A program made the translations under genes and the position numbers. DNA of 24,000 nucleotides, from assembly GCA_020634795.1 (NCBI GenBank), contig JACKAZ010000006.1, positions 76,376 to 100,375 of the forward strand, written 5' to 3'. The DNA comes from Ardenticatenales bacterium (GTDB lineage Bacteria; Chloroflexota; Anaerolineae; Ardenticatenales; Ardenticatenaceae). Below the pieces are notes generated by a model that saw only the letters and a program-made list of their open reading frames with translations, was not told the DNA's origin and ran no database searches. Shown here piece by piece: positions 1 to 8,696 of this stretch (position 1 is the stretch's first letter; every line of letters begins with the position of its first letter).

Positions 1-605
1 ATGGCATCTCGCTCCGTTTCCATCGGGGGAAGGATTCGGCCTACGCGCACCTGCCTCTGCTCGGCCAACACAGCGTTCACGGCTCGTTGGCGGCAGCAAC
101 GGTCGGCCTGACGCAGGGCATGTCGTGGGGCGAAATCATCGCGGGGCTGAAGAGTATTGCCGAACATGAGGTGCTGCGCATCATGGTGGTCGAGGGGCTG
201 CATGGCTCCACGCTCATCGACGACACCTACAATGCCAGCCCCGACAGTGTGATGGCGGCGCTGAATTTGTTGGCCGATTTGGATGGGCGCAAGATCGCGG
301 TCTTGGGGGATATGAAGGAGCTGGGGCCGTATAGCCATGAAGGGCACGCGCTGGTCTCGCGCCGCGCTGGCACCGTGGCCGATCGCTTTGTGGCGGTCGG
401 CGAGATGGCGCCGCGGATGATCCAGGATGCCCATCGGGCGGGCATGGCCCCCACGGCGACCTACGCCGCCCAAGATGCGGCGGATGCCGAGGCGTGGCTA
501 CGCGGCCAATTGCAGCAGGGCGACATCGTCTTGGTCAAGGCATCCCGCGCGGTGGGGCTGGACCAGCTGGTGACGGCTTTGACCGTGACCCCGGAGGATA
601 TATGA
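1..605 (+). CDS. murF: UDP-N-acetylmuramoyl-tripeptide--D-alanyl-D-alanine ligase MurF, C-terminal part (5' end lies outside the window)
   Basis: Frame 3 is open from the window edge (GISLRFHRGKDSAYAHLPLLGQHSVHGSLAAATVGL...), so the TTG at 87 in the ORF track is not the real start. Mur-ligase C-terminal motifs are present: DDTYNASP, LGDMKELG, KASRAVGL. It lies directly upstream of mraY with an ATGA overlap. Confidence 0.9.
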   Translation, partial: GISLRFHRGKDSAYAHLPLLGQHSVHGSLAAATVGLTQGMSWGEIIAGLKSIAEHEVLRIMVVEGLHGSTLIDDTYNASPDSVMAALNLLADLDGRKIAVLGDMKELGPYSHEGHALVSRRAGTVADRFVAVGEMAPRMIQDAHRAGMAPTATYAAQDAADAEAWLRGQLQQGDIVLVKASRAVGLDQLVTALTVTPEDI

Positions 606-1618
606 CCCTGTTCCGACCCGATACCGCCCGCGCCCTGGCCTTGGGTTTGCTCTGCTTCCTCTTTGCCGTAACGTGGGGCGCCCCGCTGATCCGCCACCTG
701 CGTCGCCGGCAGATCAGCGAGGCGATCCGTGTCGATGGGCCGCAGACCCACCTGTCGAAGGCCGGCACGCCCACGATGGGCGGGCTGATGATCTTGATCC
801 CGACTCTGATCTTTTGTTCGCTCTTTATCATGCCGGAATACCTGTCGTTGATCCTGCCGCTGTCGATGTTGGTATTGATCGGCGGCTTGGGGATCTATGA
901 CGACATCACCAAGTTGCGGCAGAAGCGGGCGGGTCAGCCCAAAGAGGGCATCAGCGCTAACACCAAGCTGGCGTGGCAATTTGCAACGGCCATCGGGGCG
1001 GCGGTGGTCTTGGGCAGCCCCGATCTGTTGGACATGGCGAAAGTGGCCATACCGGGGGTCAGCGACCTGCTGGCGGTACCACTTTGGCTCTACGTGCCAA
1101 TTGCGGCGCTGTTGATCGTGGGCTTTTCCAACGCGGTCAATCTGGCCGACGGGTTGGACGGGCTGGCGGGCGGCGTCGCGGCCATCGCCTTCGCCTCCTA
1201 CGGCGTGCTGGCGTTGCGCCACGGCTTCGTCCACTTGGCGACCTTTTCCTTCTGTATGGCGGGCGGCACGTTGGCCTTTCTCTGGTTCAACGCCTACCCC
1301 GCGCAACTGTTCATGGGGGATACGGGGTCGTTGGCCTTGGGCGCAACGCTGGCCATCGTGGCCCTGATGACACTGCAATGGCCGTTGCTGCCGATCGTGG
1401 GCATCATTTTCGTCGCCATGGCGGCCAGCAATGTGCTGCAGGTCGCGTCGGCCAAATTCTCGCGCCGCTTTTTGGGCAAAGACAAGCGACTCTTCAAGAT
1501 GGCGCCGATCCACCACCACTTCGAGCTGCTGGGGTGGAGCGAGGTCCAGATCGTCCAACGCTTCTGGATCGTGGCCATGCTGGCCGGGATGTTTGGGATC
1601 GCGTTGGGGATGCTGTAG
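602..1618 (+). CDS. mraY: phospho-N-acetylmuramoyl-pentapeptide transferase MraY
   Basis: Polytopic membrane protein with the NAVNLADGLDGLAGG and MGDTGSLALG motifs. ATG 602 overlaps the murF stop (ATGA 602-605). The ORF-track start at 494 lies inside murF and its Arg/Gly-rich extension has no MraY character. Confidence 0.93.
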   Translation: MTLFRPDTARALALGLLCFLFAVTWGAPLIRHLRRRQISEAIRVDGPQTHLSKAGTPTMGGLMILIPTLIFCSLFIMPEYLSLILPLSMLVLIGGLGIYDDITKLRQKRAGQPKEGISANTKLAWQFATAIGAAVVLGSPDLLDMAKVAIPGVSDLLAVPLWLYVPIAALLIVGFSNAVNLADGLDGLAGGVAAIAFASYGVLALRHGFVHLATFSFCMAGGTLAFLWFNAYPAQLFMGDTGSLALGATLAIVALMTLQWPLLPIVGIIFVAMAASNVLQVASAKFSRRFLGKDKRLFKMAPIHHHFELLGWSEVQIVQRFWIVAMLAGMFGIALGML

Positions 1619-1620
1619 GG

Positions 1621-1642
1621 GATAGAGACAGAGAGAGATAGA
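1621..1642. repeat. GA-rich simple tract GATAGAGACAGAGAGAGATAGA, 3 nt after the mraY stop
   Basis: Read directly. It resembles the (AGATAG)n tract at 22701-22728. Confidence 0.7.
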
Positions 1643-1778
1643 ACGGGTCATGGCTTCGGCATTGTTTTGACCCCTCCATTCCGATTCTCGATCCCCCCAT
1701 GGCGGTGGTGCTTGCCACGGTGCCATGGCGCTCACAATCCCCTTACTTTCAGGGCAGATGCAACATGGCGGCAAGGCC

Positions 1779-1799
1779 CAACACGCAACACGCAACACG
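1779..1799. repeat. tandem heptamer (CAACACG) x3, 12 nt upstream of the murD start
   Basis: CAACACG CAACACG CAACACG read directly at 1779-1785, 1786-1792 and 1793-1799. Confidence 0.9.
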
Positions 1800-1811
1800 T
1801 ACAATCGAGGG

Positions 1812-3203
1812 ATGGCAAGGATGAACGTAAGCTATAGCGATCAGCGAGTGACGATCATCGGTATGGCCCGAGAAGGCACGGCGCTGGCCCGCTTCTTCGC
1901 GCAGGCGGGGGCGCGTGTCACCGTCAGCGATCTGCGCGGCGTGGCCGATCTGGCCGACGAGATCGGCCAATTGGCGGGGCTGCCGATTCAAGCGGTGCTG
2001 CGCGGCCATCCCGACGATATTTTGGAGGCGGACGTGATGTACGTCAGTCCGGGCGTTCCGCGTGAGGTGCCGATTGTCCGCAAAGCCCAAGAACGCGGCG
2101 TCACGCTCTCGAGCGAGACGGAGCTGATCTTCGCGCTCTGTCCCGCGCCGATCATCGGGATCACCGGTTCCAGCGGCAAGACAACCACCACCACGCTGAT
2201 CGGCGAAATGATGAAGATGGATCGGCGTCGCAAGATCTGGGTCGGTGGCAACATCGGCATCCCGCTGATCGAATCGGTCACCGAGATGAAGAGCCGCGAT
2301 TGGGTCGTGCTGGAGCTGTCGAGCTTCCAGTTGGAACATCTGACACGCAGCCCCCACGTGGCCGTCGTGACCAATCTGCGCCCCAACCATCTGGATCGTC
2401 ACCCCAGCTACGACGCCTACAAGGCGGCGAAGGCGAACATCTTGCGTTACCAGAGTGCCGACGATGTGGCGGTGCTGAACTGGGACGACTTGGAAGTACG
2501 GGCAATGGCCACGCAGTGCGCCGCTCGGATCCGTTGGTTTAGCATTGAAGAACCGTTGGAAAACGGCGTCTTTTTGGACGGCGATTGGATCGTGGTCCAC
2601 CACGACGAATCGCCCGAGCGGGTGCTGCGCCTCGGCGACTTGGCGTTGCGCGGTAGGCACAACGTCGCCAACGTGCTGGCCGCGCTGAGCGTCGTGACGG
2701 CCACGGGGCTGAAGGTGGAAACGGCGGCGCGGGTGGCCAAACAGTTCAGCGGCGCCCCCTACCGGCTGGAACTGGTGCGCGAAATCGACGGGGTACGCTG
2801 GATCAACGACTCCATCGCCACCAGCCCCGATCGGACGCTGGCGGCGCTCAACGCCTTCGGCGACGAGCCGATCATTCTGCTGGCCGGAGGGCGGGACAAA
2901 CATCTGCCGATGGAGGAGATGGCCGAGGCGATCGTCCACCGCGTGCGCCACCTCATCACCTTTGGTGAAGCGGCGACGCTGATCGAGCAGGCCGTCAAGC
3001 AGGCACAATCACGGCTCAATGGCAATGGGCGAACGGTCCCCGTCAGCCATTGCGACACGATGGAGGCGGCGGTCGCCGTTGCCAAACAACTGGCACAACG
3101 GGGCGACACCGTCTTGCTCAGCCCGAGCGGGACCTCGTTCGACGCATTCAAAGATTTTGCGGCGCGGGGCGACCGCTTCAACGAACTGGTGGCGGCACTG
3201 TAG
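1812..3203 (+). CDS. murD: UDP-N-acetylmuramoylalanine--D-glutamate ligase MurD
   Basis: N-terminal Rossmann-like VTIIGMAREGTALARFF, P-loop GITGSSGKTTTT, Mur-ligase middle and C-terminal domains, dcw position. ATG 1812 is preceded by GAGGG. ATG 1821 is an alternative start. The ORF-track start at 1725 adds a non-homologous leader. Confidence 0.9.
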   Translation: MARMNVSYSDQRVTIIGMAREGTALARFFAQAGARVTVSDLRGVADLADEIGQLAGLPIQAVLRGHPDDILEADVMYVSPGVPREVPIVRKAQERGVTLSSETELIFALCPAPIIGITGSSGKTTTTTLIGEMMKMDRRRKIWVGGNIGIPLIESVTEMKSRDWVVLELSSFQLEHLTRSPHVAVVTNLRPNHLDRHPSYDAYKAAKANILRYQSADDVAVLNWDDLEVRAMATQCAARIRWFSIEEPLENGVFLDGDWIVVHHDESPERVLRLGDLALRGRHNVANVLAALSVVTATGLKVETAARVAKQFSGAPYRLELVREIDGVRWINDSIATSPDRTLAALNAFGDEPIILLAGGRDKHLPMEEMAEAIVHRVRHLITFGEAATLIEQAVKQAQSRLNGNGRTVPVSHCDTMEAAVAVAKQLAQRGDTVLLSPSGTSFDAFKDFAARGDRFNELVAAL

Positions 3204-3311
3204 TAGGACGTCAAGGATCGGCTGGCTTTGCGGGGTCGTTGCCCGGCCCGCGCAAAAACAAGGCAGCCGCAGCATGGACTCGGTACTCCGCACGAACGAC
3301 GAGATAGACTT

Positions 3312-4460
3312 ATGGCACTGGCACTCTTTCGACGACAAAGCGCGACCCAAAAGCGGATTCGACGTGTGACGCAGCGCAGCAGCGACTGGTGGCTGTTGGC
3401 AGCGGTCTTCGCCCTGCTGTTGATCGGCATCCTGATGGTCTTCGCCTCGACCTACTCCACGTCTTATGTCAATTCCGATGGAAAGACCGCGACCTCCTAT
3501 ATCGTCAAACATCTGCAGTGGATCGGGATCGGGAGTGCTGTCGCTCTCGTGGCCTGGCTCTCCGACTACCGGTGGCTCAAACGAGTGAGCGTGCTACTGA
3601 TGATCGGCACCTTGGTGGCGCTGTTCGCGCTCTTCTTCATGGGCAAAGCGACCTTCGGGGCCACCCGCTGGCTTTTCAACGGCTCGATCCAGCCGTCAGA
3701 ATTCGCCAAGCTCGCCACGATCATCTATGTCGCCCATTGGGCCTCTTCCAAAGAAAAGCGAATCAGTGATTTTAAGCAGGGTTTCATTCCCTTCATGGTA
3801 CTGGTGGCCCTCGTCTGTGGTCTGATCGTGATTCAGCCCAGCCTGTCGACCGCGCTGTTGGTCGGGCTGGTGGCGGGCACGATGTTCTTCGTCAGCGGCG
3901 CCGACATCAAGCAATTGTTGGCGGTGGGCAGTGGCGTGGGCGTGCTGACCTGGTTGGTGGCCAGTGCTGGCTGGCGCTTACAACGGATCGAAACGTGGCG
4001 CAACCCGTGGGTCGATCCCGCCGACGCGGGCTACCAGACGACGCACATGCTCTATGCGCTGGCCAAAGGGGGCCTTTTGGGGCAGGGGCTGGGCCGCATC
4101 GGTGGCGACGGCTTTCCCTATGTACCGGCGATCCACACCGACTTGATCATGGCGGTGGTGGGCCACGAGGGCGGTTTGCTGGCCTGCATGGTCGTCTTGG
4201 CGCTCTTTGTGCTCTTGACCTATCGCGGCTTTCACGTTGCGGTCAACGCGCCGGATGCCTTTGGCACGGTGCTGGCCTCGGGCATCACGATCTGGTTCTG
4301 CCTCCAAGCGCTCCTGAATCTGGCGGTGATTACCAACTCGATCCCGACAACGGGAATCCCGATGCCCTTTATTTCCTACGGCGGTAGTGGGCTGGTCACC
4401 GCGATGGCGGGGGTCGGCATCCTGCTCAGCATCTCCAGAGCCGTCCCGAAGAAAGCGTAA
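3312..4460 (+). CDS. ftsW: SEDS-family peptidoglycan glycosyltransferase / lipid II flippase-type protein FtsW
   Basis: About 10 hydrophobic segments, SEFAKL and PFISYGGSGL motifs typical of FtsW/RodA, and a position between murD and murG. ATG 3312 was chosen because the TTG-initiated upstream part of the ORF is Arg-rich and non-membrane. The start is less certain than the stop. Confidence 0.88.
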   Translation: MALALFRRQSATQKRIRRVTQRSSDWWLLAAVFALLLIGILMVFASTYSTSYVNSDGKTATSYIVKHLQWIGIGSAVALVAWLSDYRWLKRVSVLLMIGTLVALFALFFMGKATFGATRWLFNGSIQPSEFAKLATIIYVAHWASSKEKRISDFKQGFIPFMVLVALVCGLIVIQPSLSTALLVGLVAGTMFFVSGADIKQLLAVGSGVGVLTWLVASAGWRLQRIETWRNPWVDPADAGYQTTHMLYALAKGGLLGQGLGRIGGDGFPYVPAIHTDLIMAVVGHEGGLLACMVVLALFVLLTYRGFHVAVNAPDAFGTVLASGITIWFCLQALLNLAVITNSIPTTGIPMPFISYGGSGLVTAMAGVGILLSISRAVPKKA

Positions 4461-4466
4461 CGTACG

Positions 4467-5597
4467 ATGCGACTCCTGATCACCGGCGGTGGCACGGGGG
4501 GCCACGTCTATCCGGCACTGAGCGTGCTGGAAGCGTGGAACCCGCCGCCAACGCTGCTGTGGGTCGGCAAGCAGGGCGGCATGGAGGCAGAGATTCTGCG
4601 CCGGGCGGGCCTACCCTATCAGGGGATTCGGGCCGGGGGATTGAATTCGACCCGTTGGAACCGCCGCCTGCTGCACAGCCTGATGCTGGTGCAGGGTTTC
4701 GGCGAAGCGTGGCAAATTCTGCGTCGCTTCAAGCCGGATGTTGTCTTTGCGACGGGCGGTTACGTGACGGGGCCGGTGGGGCTGGCGGCGCGGCTGCAAC
4801 GCGTTCCGATCGTGATCTACCTGCCGGACATCAGGCCGGGTCTCGCCGTGAAAGCGCTGGCCCCCCTAGCCACCCGCGTCGCGGTCACCACGCCGCGCAG
4901 CGCCGACTTCTTTGGCGACAAAGCGGTGGTCACCGGTTATCCGGTGCGCAAGGCGCTGACCGAGCCGCGTAGCCGCGCCGCCGCGCGTGGCACTTTCGGC
5001 ATCAATGAAGCGGACCGATTGCTGCTGGTGATGGGTGGCAGTTCGGGCGCACACAACCTGAACGTGGCGATCGGCGAGAATCTGGCGCGACTGCTGCCCC
5101 TGACGCGGATCATTCATCTTTATGGCAAGAGCGACGAAGCGTGGCTGATGGCGCAGAAGGCGGCGCTGCCGGACGAACTGCGCGACCGCTATCAACCCTT
5201 CAGCTATCTGCACGACGAGATGGCCGACGCGCTGCTGGCCGCTGACCTGATCGTGGCGCGGGCGGGGGCCTCGGTGTTGGGCGAATTGCCCGCCGCCAAG
5301 CTGCCCGCAGTGCTGGTCCCGTTGCCCATCGCGGGGGTCGGCCAAGACGAAAACGCGGCCTGGCTCGTGGAGAGGGGCGGCGCGGCGCAACTCGATGATG
5401 ATGCGGCGCTGCCCACCACGCTGCCCGCGCTGTTGGCAACGTTGTTGAACGACGAGGCGACGTTGCAACGCATGGCGGCCGCCATGGCGGCCGCCGCGCC
5501 CCCCAACGCGGCCGCGCGGATCGTGGCCCTGTTGCAGCAATGTGCCACCGCGAACGCCAACAACGGCCAGCCGCGCAAAAGCGAGGTGGCGCCATGA
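4467..5597 (+). CDS. murG: undecaprenyldiphospho-muramoylpentapeptide beta-N-acetylglucosaminyltransferase MurG
   Basis: N-terminal GGTGGHVYPALSV glycine loop, GT28 two-domain layout, C-terminal GASVLGEL...P...QDENA region, dcw context. Confidence 0.93.
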   Translation: MRLLITGGGTGGHVYPALSVLEAWNPPPTLLWVGKQGGMEAEILRRAGLPYQGIRAGGLNSTRWNRRLLHSLMLVQGFGEAWQILRRFKPDVVFATGGYVTGPVGLAARLQRVPIVIYLPDIRPGLAVKALAPLATRVAVTTPRSADFFGDKAVVTGYPVRKALTEPRSRAAARGTFGINEADRLLLVMGGSSGAHNLNVAIGENLARLLPLTRIIHLYGKSDEAWLMAQKAALPDELRDRYQPFSYLHDEMADALLAADLIVARAGASVLGELPAAKLPAVLVPLPIAGVGQDENAAWLVERGGAAQLDDDAALPTTLPALLATLLNDEATLQRMAAAMAAAAPPNAAARIVALLQQCATANANNGQPRKSEVAP

Positions 5598-6217
5598 GTG
5601 AACGGTTGGTCACGCTCGACTGGAATACGGTCGTAATCTTCTCGATGCTCTACTTCGTGATCATTGGCGCGGTCAAAGGCTGGCAGCGGGCGCTGGTAAC
5701 GCTCGTCTCGCTCTTCTTCGCGTGGGGTCTCTCGATCAAGACGGTGGACTTCTTGATCCGCGCCATTCAATTCATGTTCGACATCCAAATGGGCGAGACG
5801 GCACAGGGACTCTTCCAAGTGCTGCTCTATCTGGCGGCCGTGGTGATGGTTTTGGTGACGTTTAATCTGGGCAATGTGATCCCGGTCAAGCTGCTCGGCC
5901 CCCGGGATCGGCTCTCTGGCATGTCGGTCGGCATTTTGAACGGCTACTTCTTCGTGGTACTGCTGCTGGATATCGGCGGCACCTGGTTTGCAGAAAATTT
6001 CGAGGGCTTTACCCTGTCGCTCAAAGGCAATTTTGTGGCGGAACGGCTGGCCAAAGGGGCCGAAATCGTGATCGAGTTCATCAACAACCCGGTCGATGCC
6101 TACGCCCAACTGTTGCAAGCGCAAAACTTGGTCCTGCTGGGGCTGCTGGTCGTCTTCTTCCACGGCTTCGTCTATTGGCTGCTCGGCGGCCTCAACAGCA
6201 GGCTACAACCGTCTTAA
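5594..6217 (+). CDS. small polytopic membrane protein, CvpA-family-like (function unknown)
   Basis: ATG 5594 overlaps the murG stop (ATGA 5594-5597). It has 4-5 hydrophobic segments. Its N-terminus (LDWNTVVIFSMLYFVIIGAVKGWQRALVTL) and its DRLSGMSVGILNGYFFVVLLL segment resemble CvpA (N-terminus MVWIDYAIIAV...LIRGFVRE, and DRVLGVCFGALRGVLIV). The family call is from memory of the E. coli protein, not from a search. Confidence 0.6.
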   Translation: MSERLVTLDWNTVVIFSMLYFVIIGAVKGWQRALVTLVSLFFAWGLSIKTVDFLIRAIQFMFDIQMGETAQGLFQVLLYLAAVVMVLVTFNLGNVIPVKLLGPRDRLSGMSVGILNGYFFVVLLLDIGGTWFAENFEGFTLSLKGNFVAERLAKGAEIVIEFINNPVDAYAQLLQAQNLVLLGLLVVFFHGFVYWLLGGLNSRLQPS

Positions 6218-6246
6218 CGCAGAACGCAGAGCAGGTAACGCAGAAC
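6215..6246. repeat. AACGCAG heptamer cluster (TAACGCAGAACGCAGAGCAGGTAACGCAGAAC) starting at the stop codon of the CvpA-like gene
   Basis: Read directly. The 19-mer TAACGCAGAACGCAGAGCA (6215-6233) recurs with 18/19 identity at 22577-22595. Confidence 0.85.
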
Positions 6247-6303
6247 CCTAGTCCTCCGGACCGCTACGCGAACGCTTCGCTCAGGGCAAGCTCCGAACGC
6301 AGC

Positions 6304-6357
6304 ACTCACCAAACTCACAAAACTCACAAAACTCACAAAACTCATCAAACTCACAAA
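6304..6357. repeat. tandem 9-mer (AACTCACAA) x6, abutting the murC start codon
   Basis: CACTCACCA AACTCACAA AACTCACAA AACTCACAA AACTCATCA AACTCACAA. The stretch 6303-6361 contains no G at all. Confidence 0.95.
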
Positions 6358-6363
6358 ACTCGA

Positions 6364-7758
6364 ATGAACAAACAGATCCACTTCATCGGCATCGGCGGTT
6401 CGGGGCTTAGCGCGCTGGCCCAGGTGATGCTGGCCCGTGGCTGGCGGGTGAGCGGCTCCGACCGCGAACGGTCGACGCGCACCGCGCGGCTGGAACGGCT
6501 CGGCGCCACGATCTACGAGAGGCACGAGCGCAGCCATGTGGCGGGGGCCGATGTGGTAGTGATTTCGAGCGCCATTCCGTCGGACAACGTGGAGCGGCGG
6601 GCCGCGCTGGAGATGGGCATTCCGGTGATGAAGCGGGAGCAGTGGCTGGCCGAGATGACGCAGGAATCGGAACTGATCGCGGTTGCGGGCACGCACGGCA
6701 AATCGACCACGACCGCGATGGTCGCGCTGATGTTGCTGAATGCGGGCCTTGACCCGACGGTGGTGATCGGCGCGACCCTGCCGCAGATCGAGGGCAACGC
6801 GCGTGCCGGCAACAGCCATCTTTTTGTGATCGAAGCCGACGAATATGACTTTGCCTTTTTGGGGTTAAAGCCGGAAATCGCGGTTGTGCTCAACATCGAA
6901 CATGACCATCCTGATATGTTTGAGGATGATCTGGCGGTGCAGGACGCCTTCCATCGTTTCATCTCACAGCTTTCACCCGCTGGCACGCTGATCGCCTGTG
7001 GCGACGATGCGGGGGTGCAGCGACTGCTCGACAATCTGTCGCCACGTGGCCGCGTGGTGCGCTACGGCTTTGGCGAGGGGTTGGAATGGCGGGCGGCGGG
7101 CCGCAAACGGAACGATTTGGGCGGCATCGACTTCGTCGCCCTGCACGATGCGGTGCCGATCGGCGCCTTCCGCTTGGCCGTGCCGGGCCATCACAACGTG
7201 CTGAATGCACTGGCTGCCATCGCCGTCGGCGACGTGCTGGGCATCGACACGGCGACGATGCAGGCCTCGCTCACCGCCTTCACGGGGGTCAACCGCCGCT
7301 TCGAAGCGGTCGGCGCGGTCGGCACGATCCAGATTTACGATGACTACGCCCATCACCCGACCGAGATTCGGGCGACGTTACAGGCGGCCCGCCAGCGCTT
7401 CGGCAGACGGCCGTTGTGGGTCGTCTTCCAACCCCACACCTTCAGCCGGCTGAGCGCGCTTTATGAGGATTTCTTGACCGCCTTCGCCGAGGCCGACCAT
7501 GTGGTGGTCAGCGATGTTTTTGCCGCACGCGAATCGGGCGATTCGGCCGCGCAGAGCCGCCAACTGGCGCGGGAGATCGTCGGCACCGACGCTCATTACC
7601 GCGCCACGCAAGCGCAGATCGTCGACTATCTGCTGGCGGCGCTGCCGGAGCGGGCCGTCGTGCTGACGTTGGGCGCGGGGGATATCACCAGCCTTGGCCC
7701 GCGGCTGCGCAACGCGCTGGAAGATCGGCTGGCGCTGGAAAGCGGAGAGCCGGTATGA
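6364..7758 (+). CDS. murC: UDP-N-acetylmuramate--L-alanine ligase MurC
   Basis: MNKQIHFIGIGGSGLSALAQVM N-terminus typical of MurC, P-loop GTHGKSTTTAM, DDYAHHPTE motif. The TTG-initiated upstream part of the ORF (from 6175) overlaps the previous gene and only translates the tandem repeat. Confidence 0.93.
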   Translation: MNKQIHFIGIGGSGLSALAQVMLARGWRVSGSDRERSTRTARLERLGATIYERHERSHVAGADVVVISSAIPSDNVERRAALEMGIPVMKREQWLAEMTQESELIAVAGTHGKSTTTAMVALMLLNAGLDPTVVIGATLPQIEGNARAGNSHLFVIEADEYDFAFLGLKPEIAVVLNIEHDHPDMFEDDLAVQDAFHRFISQLSPAGTLIACGDDAGVQRLLDNLSPRGRVVRYGFGEGLEWRAAGRKRNDLGGIDFVALHDAVPIGAFRLAVPGHHNVLNALAAIAVGDVLGIDTATMQASLTAFTGVNRRFEAVGAVGTIQIYDDYAHHPTEIRATLQAARQRFGRRPLWVVFQPHTFSRLSALYEDFLTAFAEADHVVVSDVFAARESGDSAAQSRQLAREIVGTDAHYRATQAQIVDYLLAALPERAVVLTLGAGDITSLGPRLRNALEDRLALESGEPV

Positions 7759-8696
7759 GGCGGCTGCAAGAGGCGTTCGGCCCACAGCTTCAGGCCAACG
7801 CGCCTCTTTCGCGCTACACCTCTTTCCGTGTCGGGGGCCCGGCCGACTGGCTGCTGCGGGTCAACCGCATCGACGAGCTGCTGCACGCCGTGGCATTGGC
7901 CCGCGAGTTGGCGATGCCCTGCCGCGTGCTGGGCGGCGGTTCCAACGTCTTGGTCAGCGATGCGGGCGTGCGCGGCCTGCTTATCCTCAATCGGGCGCGG
8001 CAGAGCCGGATCGAGCAGGACGGCGCGGCGCGGACGCTGATCGCCGAGTCGGGGCTGTCGTTGCCCCGATTGGCGGGCGAGCTGGCGAAGGCGGGGCTTT
8101 CCGGCATGGAGTGGGGCATCGGCGTGCCCGGAACGGTGGGCGGCGCGGTGGTGCAAAATGCGGGCGCGTGGGGCGTGGAAACGAAGGACCGTTTGCTTTG
8201 GGCCGATTTGCTCAACCGTGAGACGCACGAGGTCGAACGGTGGGCGTTGGGAGATTTGGATTTGCGTTATCGCCACTCACGGCTGCTGGATGCGGCCCCA
8301 GAAACACGACCGATCGTGCTGCGCGCCGCCTTCCGCCTTTGGCCGGAAGCGCCAGAGATCGTCAGCGAGCGGACGATGGGTTACCGCGATCAGCGCACGG
8401 CCAGCCAGCCCCGCGCCGCCAGCGGTGGCAGCACCTTCCGCAACCCGCCGGGCGACTATGCGGGCCGGCTGATCGAAGCCGCAGGGCTGAAGGGCCATCG
8501 GATCGGCGGGGCCGAGTTCAGCCGCAAACATGCCAACTTCATCGTCCACGATGGCACAGCCACGGCTGCCGACATTCGGGCGCTGATCGATCTGGCGCAA
8601 CGGGAAGTGGCGGCACAGTTCGGGGTGCGGCTGATGACAGAGATCGAAATGGTGGGCGACTGGTCGCCCGTGGTCGAGGGCCAAGAAACAGGATGA
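7755..8696 (+). CDS. murB: UDP-N-acetylenolpyruvoylglucosamine reductase MurB
   Basis: YTSFRVGGPADWLL and GGGSNVLVSD FAD-binding motifs, and C-terminal GSTFRNP...AGLKG...S.KHANF. ATG 7755 overlaps the murC stop (ATGA). Confidence 0.93.
   Translation: MRRLQEAFGPQLQANAPLSRYTSFRVGGPADWLLRVNRIDELLHAVALARELAMPCRVLGGGSNVLVSDAGVRGLLILNRARQSRIEQDGAARTLIAESGLSLPRLAGELAKAGLSGMEWGIGVPGTVGGAVVQNAGAWGVETKDRLLWADLLNRETHEVERWALGDLDLRYRHSRLLDAAPETRPIVLRAAFRLWPEAPEIVSERTMGYRDQRTASQPRAASGGSTFRNPPGDYAGRLIEAAGLKGHRIGGAEFSRKHANFIVHDGTATAADIRALIDLAQREVAAQFGVRLMTEIEMVGDWSPVVEGQETG

Noticed and set aside
461-1804. 447-aa minus-strand ORF antisense to murF/mraY
   Set aside because: It is Arg/Gly/Gln/His-rich low-complexity translation with no recognisable motifs, fully antisense to two well-supported genes. 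Long stop-free antisense frames are expected in DNA above 60% GC.
6175-6363. N-terminal extension of MurC containing a (THK)n repeat (THQTHKTHKTHKTHQTHKT)
   Set aside because: It would start at a TTG inside the preceding gene. MurC homology begins at MNKQIHFIGIGG (ATG 6364). The peptide repeat is simply the in-frame reading of the 9-bp DNA repeat.
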